Virus record (IMG/VR): IMGVR_UViG_2883489344_000002
DNA: 64,000 bases
From: a virus
Lineage: Duplodnaviria > Heunggongvirae > Uroviricota > Caudoviricetes
Reading direction: 5' to 3' (one strand)
Part shown: positions 18,284 through 28,402 of the stretch, one piece after another
Layout of the letters: each line of letters begins with the position of its first letter
Numbering within the stretch: the first letter of the stretch is position 1
Translations under genes and position numbers: made by a program
Notes under the pieces: generated by a model
What the model was told of the DNA's origin: nothing
Database searches by the model: none
Seen by the model: the letters and a program-made list of their open reading frames with translations, nothing else

Positions 18284-19122
18284 CAGACCACCTCCACCAG
18301 CTGCACCGCCGGAGCGGGCGGCACAATCGGCGCTACGGTGGTGTAGGATACCCCGTCGCTGATGATTTCAATCTTGCCGCTGCTGGGTGTGCCAAGCCAG
18401 GCTGTAAAGAGCGGGGCAATGACGGTAACGGGGATGGCGGCAGCATAGATCCGCTCATTGGCCATTGGCAGGGTCAAATCATTGACCATCGACCCGCGCG
18501 GATCGCGCAGCAGACACTCCAGCTCCAGCGGACAGCCCGCCAGGCGGGTTTGGGCGGTGAAGTTGGTGTTGCCATAGGTGGCGAACTGGCGCAGCCAGGT
18601 AAGCAAAGCACCCGTCAGGGCGTTGAGCGTCTCCTTCTCGTTGGCCAGTACCATGATCGAGTATTCAATCTCCACCGGGTTGAAGGTCAGCAGCGCACTC
18701 GGAACGCCCTTGTCATCGGTCAGGTAGCCCGCATTGAAGTCGTCGACAACAACCGTGTTGTCATGCATCTGGAAGCCCGGAGTGCGCCCCAGGTTGATGA
18801 TGGGCAGGGCATCTGCATTCAGCTCACCATAGCTATTGGGCTTCTCATCCCGTAGCCCCGCGCCGGCCGCGCGCACCGCCCGCAGGAAGGCCTCCACATC
18901 GTCATAATTGCCAAACTTCAGTTTGTCCCGGGCGGAGCGCTTGAGAAAGCGCTTAAGCGGCCGCGCCGTGGCGCGCGTGTCACTCACGCTAAGGCCATCC
19001 AGCACCGCTAGCAGGGCATTGGCCAGCCCCGCGTCTACGTCGCTGGTGGAGGACAGCTCACGCTTGCCATTGGGGGCAAACATTTCGCGCTTGAAGCGCA
19101 TCATCAGCTCATTCTGTGCCAT
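18283..19122 (-). CDS. hypothetical tail/baseplate-associated protein (280 aa from the internal ATG)
   Basis: ATG at 19122 with AAGGG upstream and a 14-nt overlap with the upstream gene. The longer ORF to 19293 would overlap by 185 nt and was rejected. Confidence 0.4.
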   Translation of the reverse strand: MAQNELMMRFKREMFAPNGKRELSSTSDVDAGLANALLAVLDGLSVSDTRATARPLKRFLKRSARDKLKFGNYDDVEAFLRAVRAAGAGLRDEKPNSYGELNADALPIINLGRTPGFQMHDNTVVVDDFNAGYLTDDKGVPSALLTFNPVEIEYSIMVLANEKETLNALTGALLTWLRQFATYGNTNFTAQTRLAGCPLELECLLRDPRGSMVNDLTLPMANERIYAAAIPVTVIAPLFTAWLGTPSSGKIEIISDGVSYTTVAPIVPPAPAVQLVEVV

Positions 19123-19915
19123 CAAACATGCCCTTATAGCTACGGCTTGGAATGCAGTAATACAACGTGCCCACGGCGGCGGTGCCGTAGTTGAACTTGC
19201 GGTGGACATACCACCAGCGCCGCACCGGCTCCCCGCTGGCCATATCCTCCATCCATTCCAGGATTGAGCCGATCGGCACGTCATGGGCGGCAATGCAGAG
19301 GATCAGCGCGTCGTCTGGCGCGCCGGTGTTTTCGTCAGTGTCGTTCATGGCATAGAAGTTGGGCATTTCATCGGGACAATCCACCACAACCACCAGCTCC
19401 GGATCCGCATAGGCCAGAGTCTCCTGGTTCGGGTCGATTTTCTCGGCCGGCATCACCTCATAGCCATCATCATCGATTTGCACCTCGGACAGGCTGGCCG
19501 CGCGGAACAACACTGCGTCGAAGGCGTCAGGGTTAAGCTTTATCGCCTTAATCCAATCCTCACGTACCAGGTCATTAATTGCCTGATGCCCATGGAAGCG
19601 AGTACGCAGCCCGCTGACAATAGGGCGGCTGGCAATAGCATCAGGTACAACGGTGCCACTATCAGCCCCGTCTGTGCCCGCAGGCGAAGCCTCAGCAGCA
19701 TCAATCTCAGTTGTGTCATGTTGTTCCTCAGTATTAGCGGCTACTCCGCCTGTTTCTTTGCCATCACCAGCAGCATCGGCGGTGGGGTCGGTGCCGGTGT
19801 CGGCGGCCGGGGAGGCCTGTTCTGCGTCAGGGTGAGGAACATCCCCAGCAGTAGCACCACTGGAAGTAGCCGGCACAGCCGGCACGTCATCGAGCAGATC
19901 GTCATAAAACCCCAT
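19109..19915 (-). CDS. hypothetical protein with acidic low-complexity N-terminus (268 aa)
   Basis: ORF in the operon. Codon periodicity is consistent. Confidence 0.45.
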   Translation of the reverse strand: MGFYDDLLDDVPAVPATSSGATAGDVPHPDAEQASPAADTGTDPTADAAGDGKETGGVAANTEEQHDTTEIDAAEASPAGTDGADSGTVVPDAIASRPIVSGLRTRFHGHQAINDLVREDWIKAIKLNPDAFDAVLFRAASLSEVQIDDDGYEVMPAEKIDPNQETLAYADPELVVVVDCPDEMPNFYAMNDTDENTGAPDDALILCIAAHDVPIGSILEWMEDMASGEPVRRWWYVHRKFNYGTAAVGTLYYCIPSRSYKGMFDGTE

Positions 19916-21129
19916 CAGTTAGTTTTCCCTATTTGCTCAGAGAGCCATTTGTTAAAGGCATTCTCAGCCTGCTTGTCGGTCATGCCGGTCAGTTTCATGG
20001 CATCCTTGAAGCCCTGCTTTCTCATGCGGAGCTGCTCGGCCACCAGCTTTTTGGCGTCGTCGCGCTCCTGCTCCGCCTTTTTGGCGCGGGCAAGGGCAAG
20101 CTTCAGCTCGGCCGCCTTTTTGGCCGTGGCGGTGCGCGCGCGGGCGGCTTTTTTGCGGAGCTGCTCTATCTGGTCGCGGCTGGTGGCCTGCTTCTTGGCC
20201 ATGGCCTGCTGGGCGGCCTGATAGCGGGCAAACTCCTTGCGCACCTTGTCTTGGTCAGTCTCGGCGCTCCGGTTGCGCCCCATGGCCTTCTGTTCGTCTT
20301 CAGTGAAGGTGCGGGTGGTTTTCTTTTTGTCATCACCAAAGGCAACCTGGGTCGCGGCCTTCTTCAGTTGCTGGCCAAGCTGGCGCTGCCATGTCATCGA
20401 CTGGAAGCGCGTCATGGTGTGGATCACGTGCTTGCAGGCGACGCCAGTCAAATCGGGGTTTCGCACCTTGGGGAAGGCGTATTCCGCCGGCGGCTTCAGG
20501 GCGTAATTGCCGGCCGTGGCCATGTAGCGATACCAATACTGGTGACGGCCGCAATCACAGTCGAAGGAAACGCGGCCGGCGGCCAGCTGGCGGGAGAGGG
20601 TCATCAGGGAGGCTTTCTCATCCCCCACGTCCTCTACATACCGATCCCACTCCTCAAAGCGCACCCGCACCAGGTGGTGATCGTCCATTGAGATGTCCGA
20701 GGCCTCGACCTTCACCATGGCGGTATTGTGCTGGAGGCGGATGAATATCGCCTTTTTGATGCCGCTGCCGTCATCCACTTTGTTGCTGGCGCGCTGCACA
20801 TCGATCTTGGTGGATTGCGCCACCAGCTGGGCATAGGTGATGCCTGGCACATCGCTATTGAACTGGGTGCGGTGCGCCATGCGACCGGTGATAAACCGCT
20901 TCATGTCCTCGGGGGTGAAGAAGGTCCCCTCTTTTTTCTTGCCCAGCTCAAGGAACTTCTCCAGCTCCTTGTTACGCATCATGGCCGGCGTCAGGGTACG
21001 GCGCGCGCCCTGGCGGTTTTTGCGTTGGGTCTTGCGGATCCGGTTAAAAACCTTCAGGAACTCGGCCGCAGACAGGCCATGCGTGGCATAGCGGCCGTTC
21101 TCCTTGCGGTCAAAATCTGGGGATGGCAT
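19915..21129 (-). CDS. hypothetical protein with Cys-rich segment and Lys-rich coiled-coil C-terminus (404 aa)
   Basis: SFDCDCGRH...VACKHVIH is a putative zinc-binding segment. The C-terminal 120 aa are K/A/E-rich. Confidence 0.45.
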   Translation of the reverse strand: MPSPDFDRKENGRYATHGLSAAEFLKVFNRIRKTQRKNRQGARRTLTPAMMRNKELEKFLELGKKKEGTFFTPEDMKRFITGRMAHRTQFNSDVPGITYAQLVAQSTKIDVQRASNKVDDGSGIKKAIFIRLQHNTAMVKVEASDISMDDHHLVRVRFEEWDRYVEDVGDEKASLMTLSRQLAAGRVSFDCDCGRHQYWYRYMATAGNYALKPPAEYAFPKVRNPDLTGVACKHVIHTMTRFQSMTWQRQLGQQLKKAATQVAFGDDKKKTTRTFTEDEQKAMGRNRSAETDQDKVRKEFARYQAAQQAMAKKQATSRDQIEQLRKKAARARTATAKKAAELKLALARAKKAEQERDDAKKLVAEQLRMRKQGFKDAMKLTGMTDKQAENAFNKWLSEQIGKTN

Positions 21130-21138
21130 CGCTTATCC

Positions 21139-21486
21139 TCAGCTGACGTAGAGAGAGCCGGAGATCTCCGGGCTGGTGGCGGAGAAGGTGTTGATCTGCT
21201 CACGGATCCACGCCAGGGTAGGCACCGTGATTTCAGTGCCGGCAACCATGGCGTCGCACTCATCCTCCAGCCCACACACCAGCGTGACTACCCAACGCAG
21301 CTCGGCAGTGCCCCAGATACGGTAGGCAATCAGGTCAGGGCGATAAATTTCATCGGCCAGGATGTCATAGGCCAGCAGGTCAGAGTCATAGCTCAGGGAC
21401 TTGGCCATAATCTCCTGGCGCATATAGGCGCGCAGGATGGGATCGGCTACGTTCCGGTCGTCCAGGCGACTAATGGCATCACTCAC
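21139..21486 (-). CDS. tail protein X-like (LysM-like, P2 gpX family)
   Basis: The central region DLLAYDILADEIYRPDLIAYRIWGTAE...GTEITVP resembles the gpX/LysM pattern. Confidence 0.4.
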   Translation of the reverse strand: MSDAISRLDDRNVADPILRAYMRQEIMAKSLSYDSDLLAYDILADEIYRPDLIAYRIWGTAELRWVVTLVCGLEDECDAMVAGTEITVPTLAWIREQINTFSATSPEISGSLYVS

Positions 21487-22127
21487 AGGTAGTTCCCCTT
21501 GCCCGTCAGCGGGCTGTAAGAGGCCTGCTCGATAGATTGGCGCTCAAAGGCGCTGACGATAGTCCGCAGGGGATTAAGCGGCGAGGCTGGCTCCTGGGCG
21601 CGTGTGAAGCCCAGCATCTTTTCCAGGTATTGGACGCTGGCCACGTTGTTAAAAGTGGTGGCAAAGGTGCACAGCATGGTAAGGCTGTGCTCACCGCGCA
21701 GCTGTTCCCAGTCGATACGGTAAATGGTTGACCCTTTCGCATCCCGCGCCACGTCTACCAGGGTGTCAGGAATGTTGAAGCGCCCGCCGGCATTGCGGGG
21801 GAAGGTGATTGCTTTCTGGCGCACCAGCTCGCGGTAGATGTCCAGGGCTTCCACCAGCACCGGCTTGCCGCTGGCACCTGCATCCCCCAGGCGCACCCGC
21901 ACCCCGGCGCGCGCGGTGATGAAGTCGCTGGACTCATCCACCAGCACCTCAAAACCCTTCTGCTCCAAGTCGTGGATTGTCTCAATCAGCTGCTGCTCGA
22001 GCTGGTGGCGGTTATCAGGCAGCTTGATGGCATCAGCAATGAACAGCTCTCCATCCTTCCAAGCGGCTTTAGCCAGCATTGGGGGGCTGGTGGTCAGGCA
22101 GATGGCACAGATTTTTTTGTTGATCAT
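21483..22127 (-). CDS. hypothetical protein (214 aa)
   Basis: ORF coupled to the gpX-like gene. Confidence 0.45.
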   Translation of the reverse strand: MINKKICAICLTTSPPMLAKAAWKDGELFIADAIKLPDNRHQLEQQLIETIHDLEQKGFEVLVDESSDFITARAGVRVRLGDAGASGKPVLVEALDIYRELVRQKAITFPRNAGGRFNIPDTLVDVARDAKGSTIYRIDWEQLRGEHSLTMLCTFATTFNNVASVQYLEKMLGFTRAQEPASPLNPLRTIVSAFERQSIEQASYSPLTGKGNYL

Positions 22128-22442
22128 GCAGGGTATCCCGTGGCGCGCCCGCCTGGATTGGCGAACAGGCTGAAGAATACAGTTACTTACATTTGCCTGG
22201 GCATCGAAAATGGGATAGTTATTGCTTTCACAGTGAGGTAAGAGCAGATAAATAGGCTCCGCTTGTAATACTTAAATTACTTGCACTTAGGCTGCTTCGT
22301 ACAGGTCTCAATCAGCATTGACCAGGTGCGCTTTGTGCTAGAGGCGTATGCTGGTGCATTATGGCACGTTAATTACAGTGCTGGGCAAGAAAATACGGTT
22401 AGAAAAAGGCCGCTAATGCGGCCATATTGCGCAGAGAGTTAG

Positions 22443-23615
22443 CTATTGATATTGGGAGAGATAATCTGCAACTCCGTTCGCTGGATTTATCCCGCCAGTA
22501 TAGACTGTTCCTAGCTCTTGAGGCGTAACGGAGGTTGTAGGCCATATAACCATACCTTCAAAATAACTATCTATTTTAATTCTTTGAAGCTCTTTGAAAA
22601 GGTGGTCTTCTAATTCATTTTTTTTTAAGCAATTAACATAATAAGCGGCTGCACTTGCTACTATGTCTACAATCTGTAGTTGAGGATATTCTTGAGATGA
22701 ATGGAATGTTAAAGATCGAGCTTTGATTGGTAACTCAAAGGTTCTTCTGTCATAGCCATACACCTCTGTAATCCTTGACAAGTCCATAAATTTATTAAAT
22801 AAGTCTTGTTTCTCTACAATCGCTTTGGAATCGTCATGCTTGATATAAAAACCGCTGGGGTATGTTTTACCCCACTCTATACAGTGATTGAAGAGGCTGG
22901 GTATGGAAGGGTCTAATGTATTTTTTTCAACATTTTCTAATATATCATTAATTTCGCTTTTGGTAATGCTAATTCTATCTATTGTAGATTTGAATCTTTT
23001 GTCCTTAGAGCAAGCCTTTAGTTCATCAACTGATTCGTAAAATTCAGCAATAGACTCAGAGGATTGAATCCTAATCATGTTCATGAACTTCTGGTACATT
23101 TTATCTGTTTCTTCCTCTCCACACAAAGCAGGGAGGCAATAATAGTAAACATTAGACAGAGCAAGGTTGTGTCCATCTTTATAAAGATCCCACCCTCTAT
23201 TAAAACACCATGTTTCGATTAGAATATCAACAATCTTTGTTGTTAACATGTATTTTTTGTCGATTAAACAGATTTTAACATTCTCTTTATTGATATATTT
23301 ACTTTCAAGGAGCCTAATGATTCCATCCTGACCTGATTTCCTACGTTTAAGAGTTTTAAAGTGAGCTTCTATAGGGGATTTACTTCCTGTCAGCTCTAAT
23401 GCTTTGAGCGCATCTTGTTTATTAATGCTGCTTGAGCTTAAAGTGAAACAAGGTTGCGTTGGGTCAAGCAAGTTCCCGCCGGTATTTCCTGATTCATCAA
23501 AAAATATATCAGGCTTTATATGCATCATTTTATTTTTCTTTGCGGTCAGCTCTCTTTTATTTTCGTTACTCTTCTTTATTTTGTTTGCGCGCCGAAGTTG
23601 GCTATTTGCACCCAT
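22443..23615 (-). CDS. AT-rich DUF3800-like protein (390 aa; alternative start at 23528)
   Basis: Low GC. DUF3800-type N-terminal FFDESGNTG motif and C-terminal QIVDIVASAAAY motif. K-rich N-terminal extension. GAGGT SD at the long start. Confidence 0.55.
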   Translation of the reverse strand: MGANSQLRRANKIKKSNENKRELTAKKNKMMHIKPDIFFDESGNTGGNLLDPTQPCFTLSSSSINKQDALKALELTGSKSPIEAHFKTLKRRKSGQDGIIRLLESKYINKENVKICLIDKKYMLTTKIVDILIETWCFNRGWDLYKDGHNLALSNVYYYCLPALCGEEETDKMYQKFMNMIRIQSSESIAEFYESVDELKACSKDKRFKSTIDRISITKSEINDILENVEKNTLDPSIPSLFNHCIEWGKTYPSGFYIKHDDSKAIVEKQDLFNKFMDLSRITEVYGYDRRTFELPIKARSLTFHSSQEYPQLQIVDIVASAAAYYVNCLKKNELEDHLFKELQRIKIDSYFEGMVIWPTTSVTPQELGTVYTGGINPANGVADYLSQYQ

Positions 23616-23873
23616 AAATACCTCTAGAATGATCTGAAAAAAGGCGTTCTACTTTATTGCAAGATTATAATACCACTTAATATAGGTTGGGTTATATAAT
23701 TAATGTCAAGTTTGACTCACTATTTCTTGATAAGGCAATAATAATAAGGAGGCCTGCTCCCAGCGGCCTGCCATGCCTGCTTAAGAAACAAGCTTAGGCT
23801 AGAATACTCTCCGTTTTCCAAGCGAACCCTGTAATAAGTGCCATGGCATCGGCCAGCAAGGCAAGAGGACTAT

Positions 23874-24329
23874 ATGAAGCAACACCACAAAATCAGCCAG
23901 GCAGATATAGCCGCACAGGATGAAGCCCGCAGGATTATCAGCTTTGCGGAGACACTGCTGATGAAAGTACAAAGGCACCCTGGCCGCGTCGCATCGGCCT
24001 ATGTCCCCGATCTACAGGCCTATGAAATCTATCTCAGGATGAAGGATGGCACCGCTCAGCTACATGGACTTGATGTACTCGTTGTGGCAAACATATCAGC
24101 GGCAAAGCCCGGTACGGGCGGATTCACGCTGTTGCTCCACCAGCTCAAAACGTATGCCGAGCAGCGTAGATGGGTGCTGAAAGTCGAAAATGTTTTGGAC
24201 GCGCGTTTCCGGGCATTTTTGGAGAAGGAAGGGTTTGTTTTCCCTGATGTAGGGATGCACTACCACGGCTCAGGATACTGGGCAGCGAAGGGAGTGATGT
24301 CTACAGAGGAGCTGGTGGCATTAAGATAG
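23874..24329 (+). CDS. GNAT-family N-acetyltransferase (putative)
   Basis: AGAGGA SD. The KPGTGGFTLLL segment resembles the acetyl-CoA-binding Q/RxxGxG/A region. About 150 aa. Confidence 0.45.
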   Translation: MKQHHKISQADIAAQDEARRIISFAETLLMKVQRHPGRVASAYVPDLQAYEIYLRMKDGTAQLHGLDVLVVANISAAKPGTGGFTLLLHQLKTYAEQRRWVLKVENVLDARFRAFLEKEGFVFPDVGMHYHGSGYWAAKGVMSTEELVALR

Positions 24330-24495
24330 CGTGAGCTGGTGAAGAGAACCGCCCAGAAGGGCGGTTTAGGTAAAACGCATTAAAGATCAGCGAACTATTC
24401 AGCAGGAACCAATATAGTTATTACGCATCGGGGCGCATGATAGGGCAGGCGGCTGACCAGTGCAAATTGAGTATGTTGGTCAGCTGTCGGCCACA

Positions 24496-24906
24496 TTAGA
24501 GATAGTCTCCTTCGTAACCATCCATCAGATCCTCCCGGTAGTTGGAAAGCAGGCGCAGCGCATAAGCTGTCTCCTGAACGGTTGCATCACTTTCAGCAGC
24601 GAGAACGGTTGTCTTTACCAGGTGATAGGATGCATCCAACTCAAAGCCATTCATCATCAGGAATATCGATGCGGCCTGAAAGGCTGTGCGTTTATTCGCA
24701 TCATTGAAGGCATGAGCCTTTGCAATGCCCACCAGGTACATGGCTGCCAAGCTAAACACATCATCGCAATTTTCATAATGGTGAAGAGTTTGCACTCGAT
24801 TAAGTGCTCCTTCGAGCCTATCTAGGTTTGGCGTACCACTGTTAGGCAAAGTTACTCTCTGAAGGTTAATGACCTGTTCCGTAGTCAGGAAAATGATCTC
24901 CATCAT
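24496..24906 (-). CDS. doc: Doc (death-on-curing) toxin, Fic fold
   Basis: HAFNDANKRTA matches the Doc variant of the Fic motif. 136 aa. A 4-nt overlap with the upstream phd-like gene. Confidence 0.8.
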   Translation of the reverse strand: MMEIIFLTTEQVINLQRVTLPNSGTPNLDRLEGALNRVQTLHHYENCDDVFSLAAMYLVGIAKAHAFNDANKRTAFQAASIFLMMNGFELDASYHLVKTTVLAAESDATVQETAYALRLLSNYREDLMDGYEGDYL

Positions 24907-25280
24907 TTATCTTCCAGAGCCTTAATTATTTTTGCGTGTTTCTTGCGTGTTTTTTCAATCGCTTCATCAAAAGAAAGCGATCTACCCGGAGGTAAAATTG
25001 ATCTGTGCGGGTGCGCTAAATCTTCGACCTTTTTAACGGACTCAGTTAGATGCTTAGGTAAGCCCATAGGATCCCAAGTAGTGGCGTTTCCAGCGTAGAT
25101 GTCAGCCCTATCATCAGACTTATTCATAAAACCTAATACACCCACGCCACCAGCAGCTCGGGCACTCAGCAAGATGTCAGGTTTACCGCGTTGGGTGACT
25201 ATGATTTGCTCGCCGTTGCGTAATGCTTCAAGTACATCTGCAAGCTCATCGCGCATACGTGTATAGCTAATATTTTTCAT
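24903..25280 (-). CDS. phd: Phd/YefM-family antitoxin (125 aa, with C-terminal extension)
   Basis: N-terminus MKNISYTRMRDELADVLEALRNGEQIIVTQRGKPDILL matches the Phd/YefM consensus. Confidence 0.75.
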   Translation of the reverse strand: MKNISYTRMRDELADVLEALRNGEQIIVTQRGKPDILLSARAAGGVGVLGFMNKSDDRADIYAGNATTWDPMGLPKHLTESVKKVEDLAHPHRSILPPGRSLSFDEAIEKTRKKHAKIIKALEDK

Positions 25281-25445
25281 AGCAAGCTCCTAGATATGTA
25301 CATGTACAGGTTAGCGCTAGGATGAAGGATTAGCAAGCATGCTGAAGTTAAAAAGCCGAAAGTGGAAAATCCTCAAGTGTTCCTTTTAAGAATGTTCCTA
25401 ATAAATTATAATGTTTACGATTTTTTACATATTTAAGGATGGTGT

Positions 25446-25931
25446 ATGGCTAGTTATGTCGATTCAAATCTTTCTAAAGGTGAAGAGGTAATCACCCGCG
25501 CCCATGTATCTTGGCTTTCCTTCTTATTCGTAATAGTAATTGGTACAGTGTGTTTGCTGATAGGGCTGTTAGGAGCACTTATTCGTGGGAGCGGTGGCGG
25601 CGACATTCCTGGCATTTCGTGGTTTTTCATTTTAGTGGGGGCATTTCTCCTTCTTAAGGTCACCCTGATCATCGTAACTACAGAGCTTGCATTAACAAAT
25701 AAGCGCGTCATCGCTAAATTTGGCTTTATCCGCAGAACTACTGTTGAACTACGCCTTGATAAAGTCGAAAGTTTAGAGGTAAATCAAGGAATTATGGGGC
25801 GCTTGCTCGGGTATGGGAATATTGTTGTTAAAGGAACTGGCGGCACAGGCACCCCAATTCCATCTATCAAAAAACCCTTAGACTTTAGACGAATCGTTAA
25901 CAATTACATTGAAGAAAGAGAAGCAGTTTAA
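25446..25931 (+). CDS. membrane protein with bacterial PH (bPH_2/DUF304-like) domain
   Basis: Two TM segments followed by a YdbT-like PH-domain pattern. Low GC. A terminator follows at 25948-25979. Confidence 0.45.
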   Translation: MASYVDSNLSKGEEVITRAHVSWLSFLFVIVIGTVCLLIGLLGALIRGSGGGDIPGISWFFILVGAFLLLKVTLIIVTTELALTNKRVIAKFGFIRRTTVELRLDKVESLEVNQGIMGRLLGYGNIVVKGTGGTGTPIPSIKKPLDFRRIVNNYIEEREAV

Positions 25932-25947
25932 GATTTGATAGCGTTTA

Positions 25948-25979
25948 GAAGGCCATCTTTAAAGGGTGGCCTTTTTTAT
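25948..25979 (+). terminator. rho-independent terminator
   Basis: AAGGCCATC-TTTAAAG-GGTGGCCTT followed by TTTTTATTT. Confidence 0.55.
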
Positions 25980-26262
25980 TTCATTTGAAAATGATAATTG
26001 GCAAGCGCCAGAAAAGGGAAGAGCCGCCCGGGGGCAGCTCTTGTTCATCAAGGTAAGTTGAATCTTAACTGAAATCGATAACGACGGTCATGTGAATGCC
26101 AGGGCACTTTAATGAACCCAGGCACCAAAAACAATACGTGATGCTCGGTCAGGCGGCTTTTTTTTCGGGTGGTGGAGTGGCAGTTTTTTGTTTACTGACG
26201 TGCCAGAAAAGCTTTCTGCGGCGATTACTTAGGCGATTTTTGTTCATAAAATAAAATGCATT

Positions 26263-26910
26263 TTAGATTAGGGGTATATCGATGCGCGCCATCTGATATG
26301 CCAGCGCCAGCAGCTCGTACTGAGTCCCATTCAAAGCCTCAAAGGTTCGCTTTCCGCCTACAGTGCCTGCGGCATGTACGGGCACAAGCCACGGGTAACA
26401 ATCACGAACCCTTGCCGGCGCGGCCAGCTGGTGGTGCCACTCGCACAATGGCAGCACCAGCTTGTGCGCGCCCGGCTTTACCCGGCCGTCAATGTGGTGC
26501 AATGAGACCTGCTCTGTGCGAATGCCATGCTGTAGGCAGGCAATGCATGGGAGAGTGCCCAGGGCGGCCATGATGCCGCGCTCCTCGGAGGTAGGGCTAC
26601 GCCCCTTGGTTCCCAGACTGCGCGCCGGCTTTCGCGTCCTGGCCGCCGCTGGTGGCTTGCTAACTGCCTGCTGGCGCTTAGCCTGGGCTTTCTCCACCAG
26701 CTGGGCACGGTACTCAGGAGATTGTTGGCGCGCGCGCTGCTTTTCCTGCTGCCGCTTACCGCTGGCTAAGGCTTTTTCCTGCATGGCCTGGCGGTAAGCC
26801 GGATCTGCCTGGCGGGTGCGCTGCTTCTCCCGCTGGCGCTGTTGGGCATCCCGCTGTTTTTGCAGCTGGCGCGCCTTCTTCTCTTCCGTCAGTCCATTAA
26901 TGGCCGGCAC
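26263..26910 (-). CDS. ref: Ref-like HNH endonuclease (recombination enhancement function family)
   Basis: Basic, Q/R-rich disordered N-terminal half followed by C..C...HHIDGR......LPLCEWHH core, as in P1 Ref. Confidence 0.55.
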   Translation of the reverse strand: MPAINGLTEEKKARQLQKQRDAQQRQREKQRTRQADPAYRQAMQEKALASGKRQQEKQRARQQSPEYRAQLVEKAQAKRQQAVSKPPAAARTRKPARSLGTKGRSPTSEERGIMAALGTLPCIACLQHGIRTEQVSLHHIDGRVKPGAHKLVLPLCEWHHQLAAPARVRDCYPWLVPVHAAGTVGGKRTFEALNGTQYELLALAYQMARIDIPLI

Positions 26911-26913
26911 AGG

Positions 26914-27204
26914 CTAAAGGGGCATTGAGGCATTGACGGCGCTATTCATCAGCCAGCCATGGCGCTTGAGCACCATTTCTTCATCCAACATATCGATACC
27001 GTGTAGTGCCATATCGATACGCATACGCATGTTTTGCTTTTGGATCCGCTCGTATGCCATGAGGTAATCACCCGGGAGCGCAGGCACACGGAATTCACGC
27101 AAGGCTGCCATGGCCGCCATTTCGGTCAGAACGTCCGGGGTTGGATATTCATCAATTGCGCATTCATCAATGACAATGGGTTGAATGTCTGGGGTGTGCT
27201 GCAT
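26914..27204 (-). CDS. hypothetical protein (96 aa)
   Basis: ORF. Coupled downstream of the gene that begins at 27638. Confidence 0.4.
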   Translation of the reverse strand: MQHTPDIQPIVIDECAIDEYPTPDVLTEMAAMAALREFRVPALPGDYLMAYERIQKQNMRMRIDMALHGIDMLDEEMVLKRHGWLMNSAVNASMPL

Positions 27205-27224
27205 GAGGAAAACTCCTTTAGGAA

Positions 27225-27638
27225 TTAATTAGCCAGCTGTCTGGCGGCAAGGCGCTGATTGAAGACACTCTGTAGTTGGTACATGGCGCTGTTACGGCGG
27301 CACTCATCGAAAATCGTGTTGCCACGGCGGTCGGCCGAGCTACGCAGGAATTGCATGGGTAAGGGGTTTTCGGCGCGCGGACGCACAGGAAATGGGTGCT
27401 CTGCAAATGCACCAGGCGTTGGAGCATCTTTGAGATAAATGCGGCGGCCGCCAGCGGTGATGATGTGCAACATCCCTTGAGCCTCCATTTCTTGTACCAG
27501 GCTCCTGGCCACTGAGATCCCACGGCTCACGGCGGCCAGGATGTCACGAATGGTCAGGTAACTTTTATGCTCAAATTGCGCCATAACCAGCTTGGCGCGC
27601 TCATCGAATAGGTGAACAGAGGAAAGGGTGTTGCTCAT
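27225..27638 (-). CDS. hypothetical protein (137 aa), possible winged-helix
   Basis: ORF. Confidence 0.4.
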   Translation of the reverse strand: MSNTLSSVHLFDERAKLVMAQFEHKSYLTIRDILAAVSRGISVARSLVQEMEAQGMLHIITAGGRRIYLKDAPTPGAFAEHPFPVRPRAENPLPMQFLRSSADRRGNTIFDECRRNSAMYQLQSVFNQRLAARQLAN

Positions 27639-27802
27639 GTAATCTCCTTGATACCGCCTGCCAGCGGCTATCTATTACGGTTCATGCGGTGGCATCTGCC
27701 AGGATAACGTTGCGGCTATCGTCAAAGGGGTGGCCGGCTTATTCTCTCGGGAACTCTTCCACTTTTAGCGATGCCAGCTCCTTTCTAAGAAACTCGCAGA
27801 TC

Positions 27803-28402
27803 TTAAGGACGGCGATGAATCCCACTGTGCCGCACAGGAAGACCCAAGCCACGATAAGGGGCATATAAATGCTTGGCTCCAAGGCCATGTACATCTCGAA
27901 CACTCTTAGGGACACTCTGCGCTACCCAGGCGTGATGGCCATTAAGCCATGTTTGGTGTAATGCGAACTCCTCAAGCAACTGGTCACTCACAGAAGAGGC
28001 CAAGCTCTCAATGCTCGCCAAAATAGTCTTAGGTTTCTCGTCAATCCCGCAGATATAAAGCAACTGCCGGCAGCGCAGCCACACGATGCGCATACGCTCC
28101 ATGGGAAGCCAGAAATAGAAGGTCTGGCCATTGGCGCGGGGATGGCTGGCACCTTCATCAGAGTGCAGTGCGTCCGTTTCCACCAGCGACCGGATCCGCT
28201 TCAGGCTATGGCCTACGCTCAAGTCGATATTCAGCCGGTGACGCATTGTGGCCAGCTGCATGACACTGCGACGCAGATTGAGTGGCTTGTCAGGCTGTAG
28301 GGCATACCGATCGCCCAAAGACTTCTCAATAGTCCGGTAAGGCATCTCACGCAGGGTAGCGATGAAGATGGCCTGCATCATCTCGTTGTCGCTGACTTTC
28401 AT
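27803..28402 (-). CDS. hypothetical protein (199 aa)
   Basis: ORF. Confidence 0.4.
   Translation of the reverse strand: MKVSDNEMMQAIFIATLREMPYRTIEKSLGDRYALQPDKPLNLRRSVMQLATMRHRLNIDLSVGHSLKRIRSLVETDALHSDEGASHPRANGQTFYFWLPMERMRIVWLRCRQLLYICGIDEKPKTILASIESLASSVSDQLLEEFALHQTWLNGHHAWVAQSVPKSVRDVHGLGAKHLYAPYRGLGLPVRHSGIHRRP

Noticed and set aside
19123-19293. Long N-terminal extension of the 18283-19293 ORF.
   Set aside because: It would overlap the upstream gene by 185 nt and is Cys/Trp/Arg-rich nonsense. The ATG at 19122 with AAGGG gives a 14-nt overlap typical of coupled genes.
22957-22975. Second C1-operator-like sequence TTAGAGCAAG inside the DUF3800-like gene.
   Set aside because: It is only a partial match (10 of 17) and sits inside a coding region, so it is likely chance.
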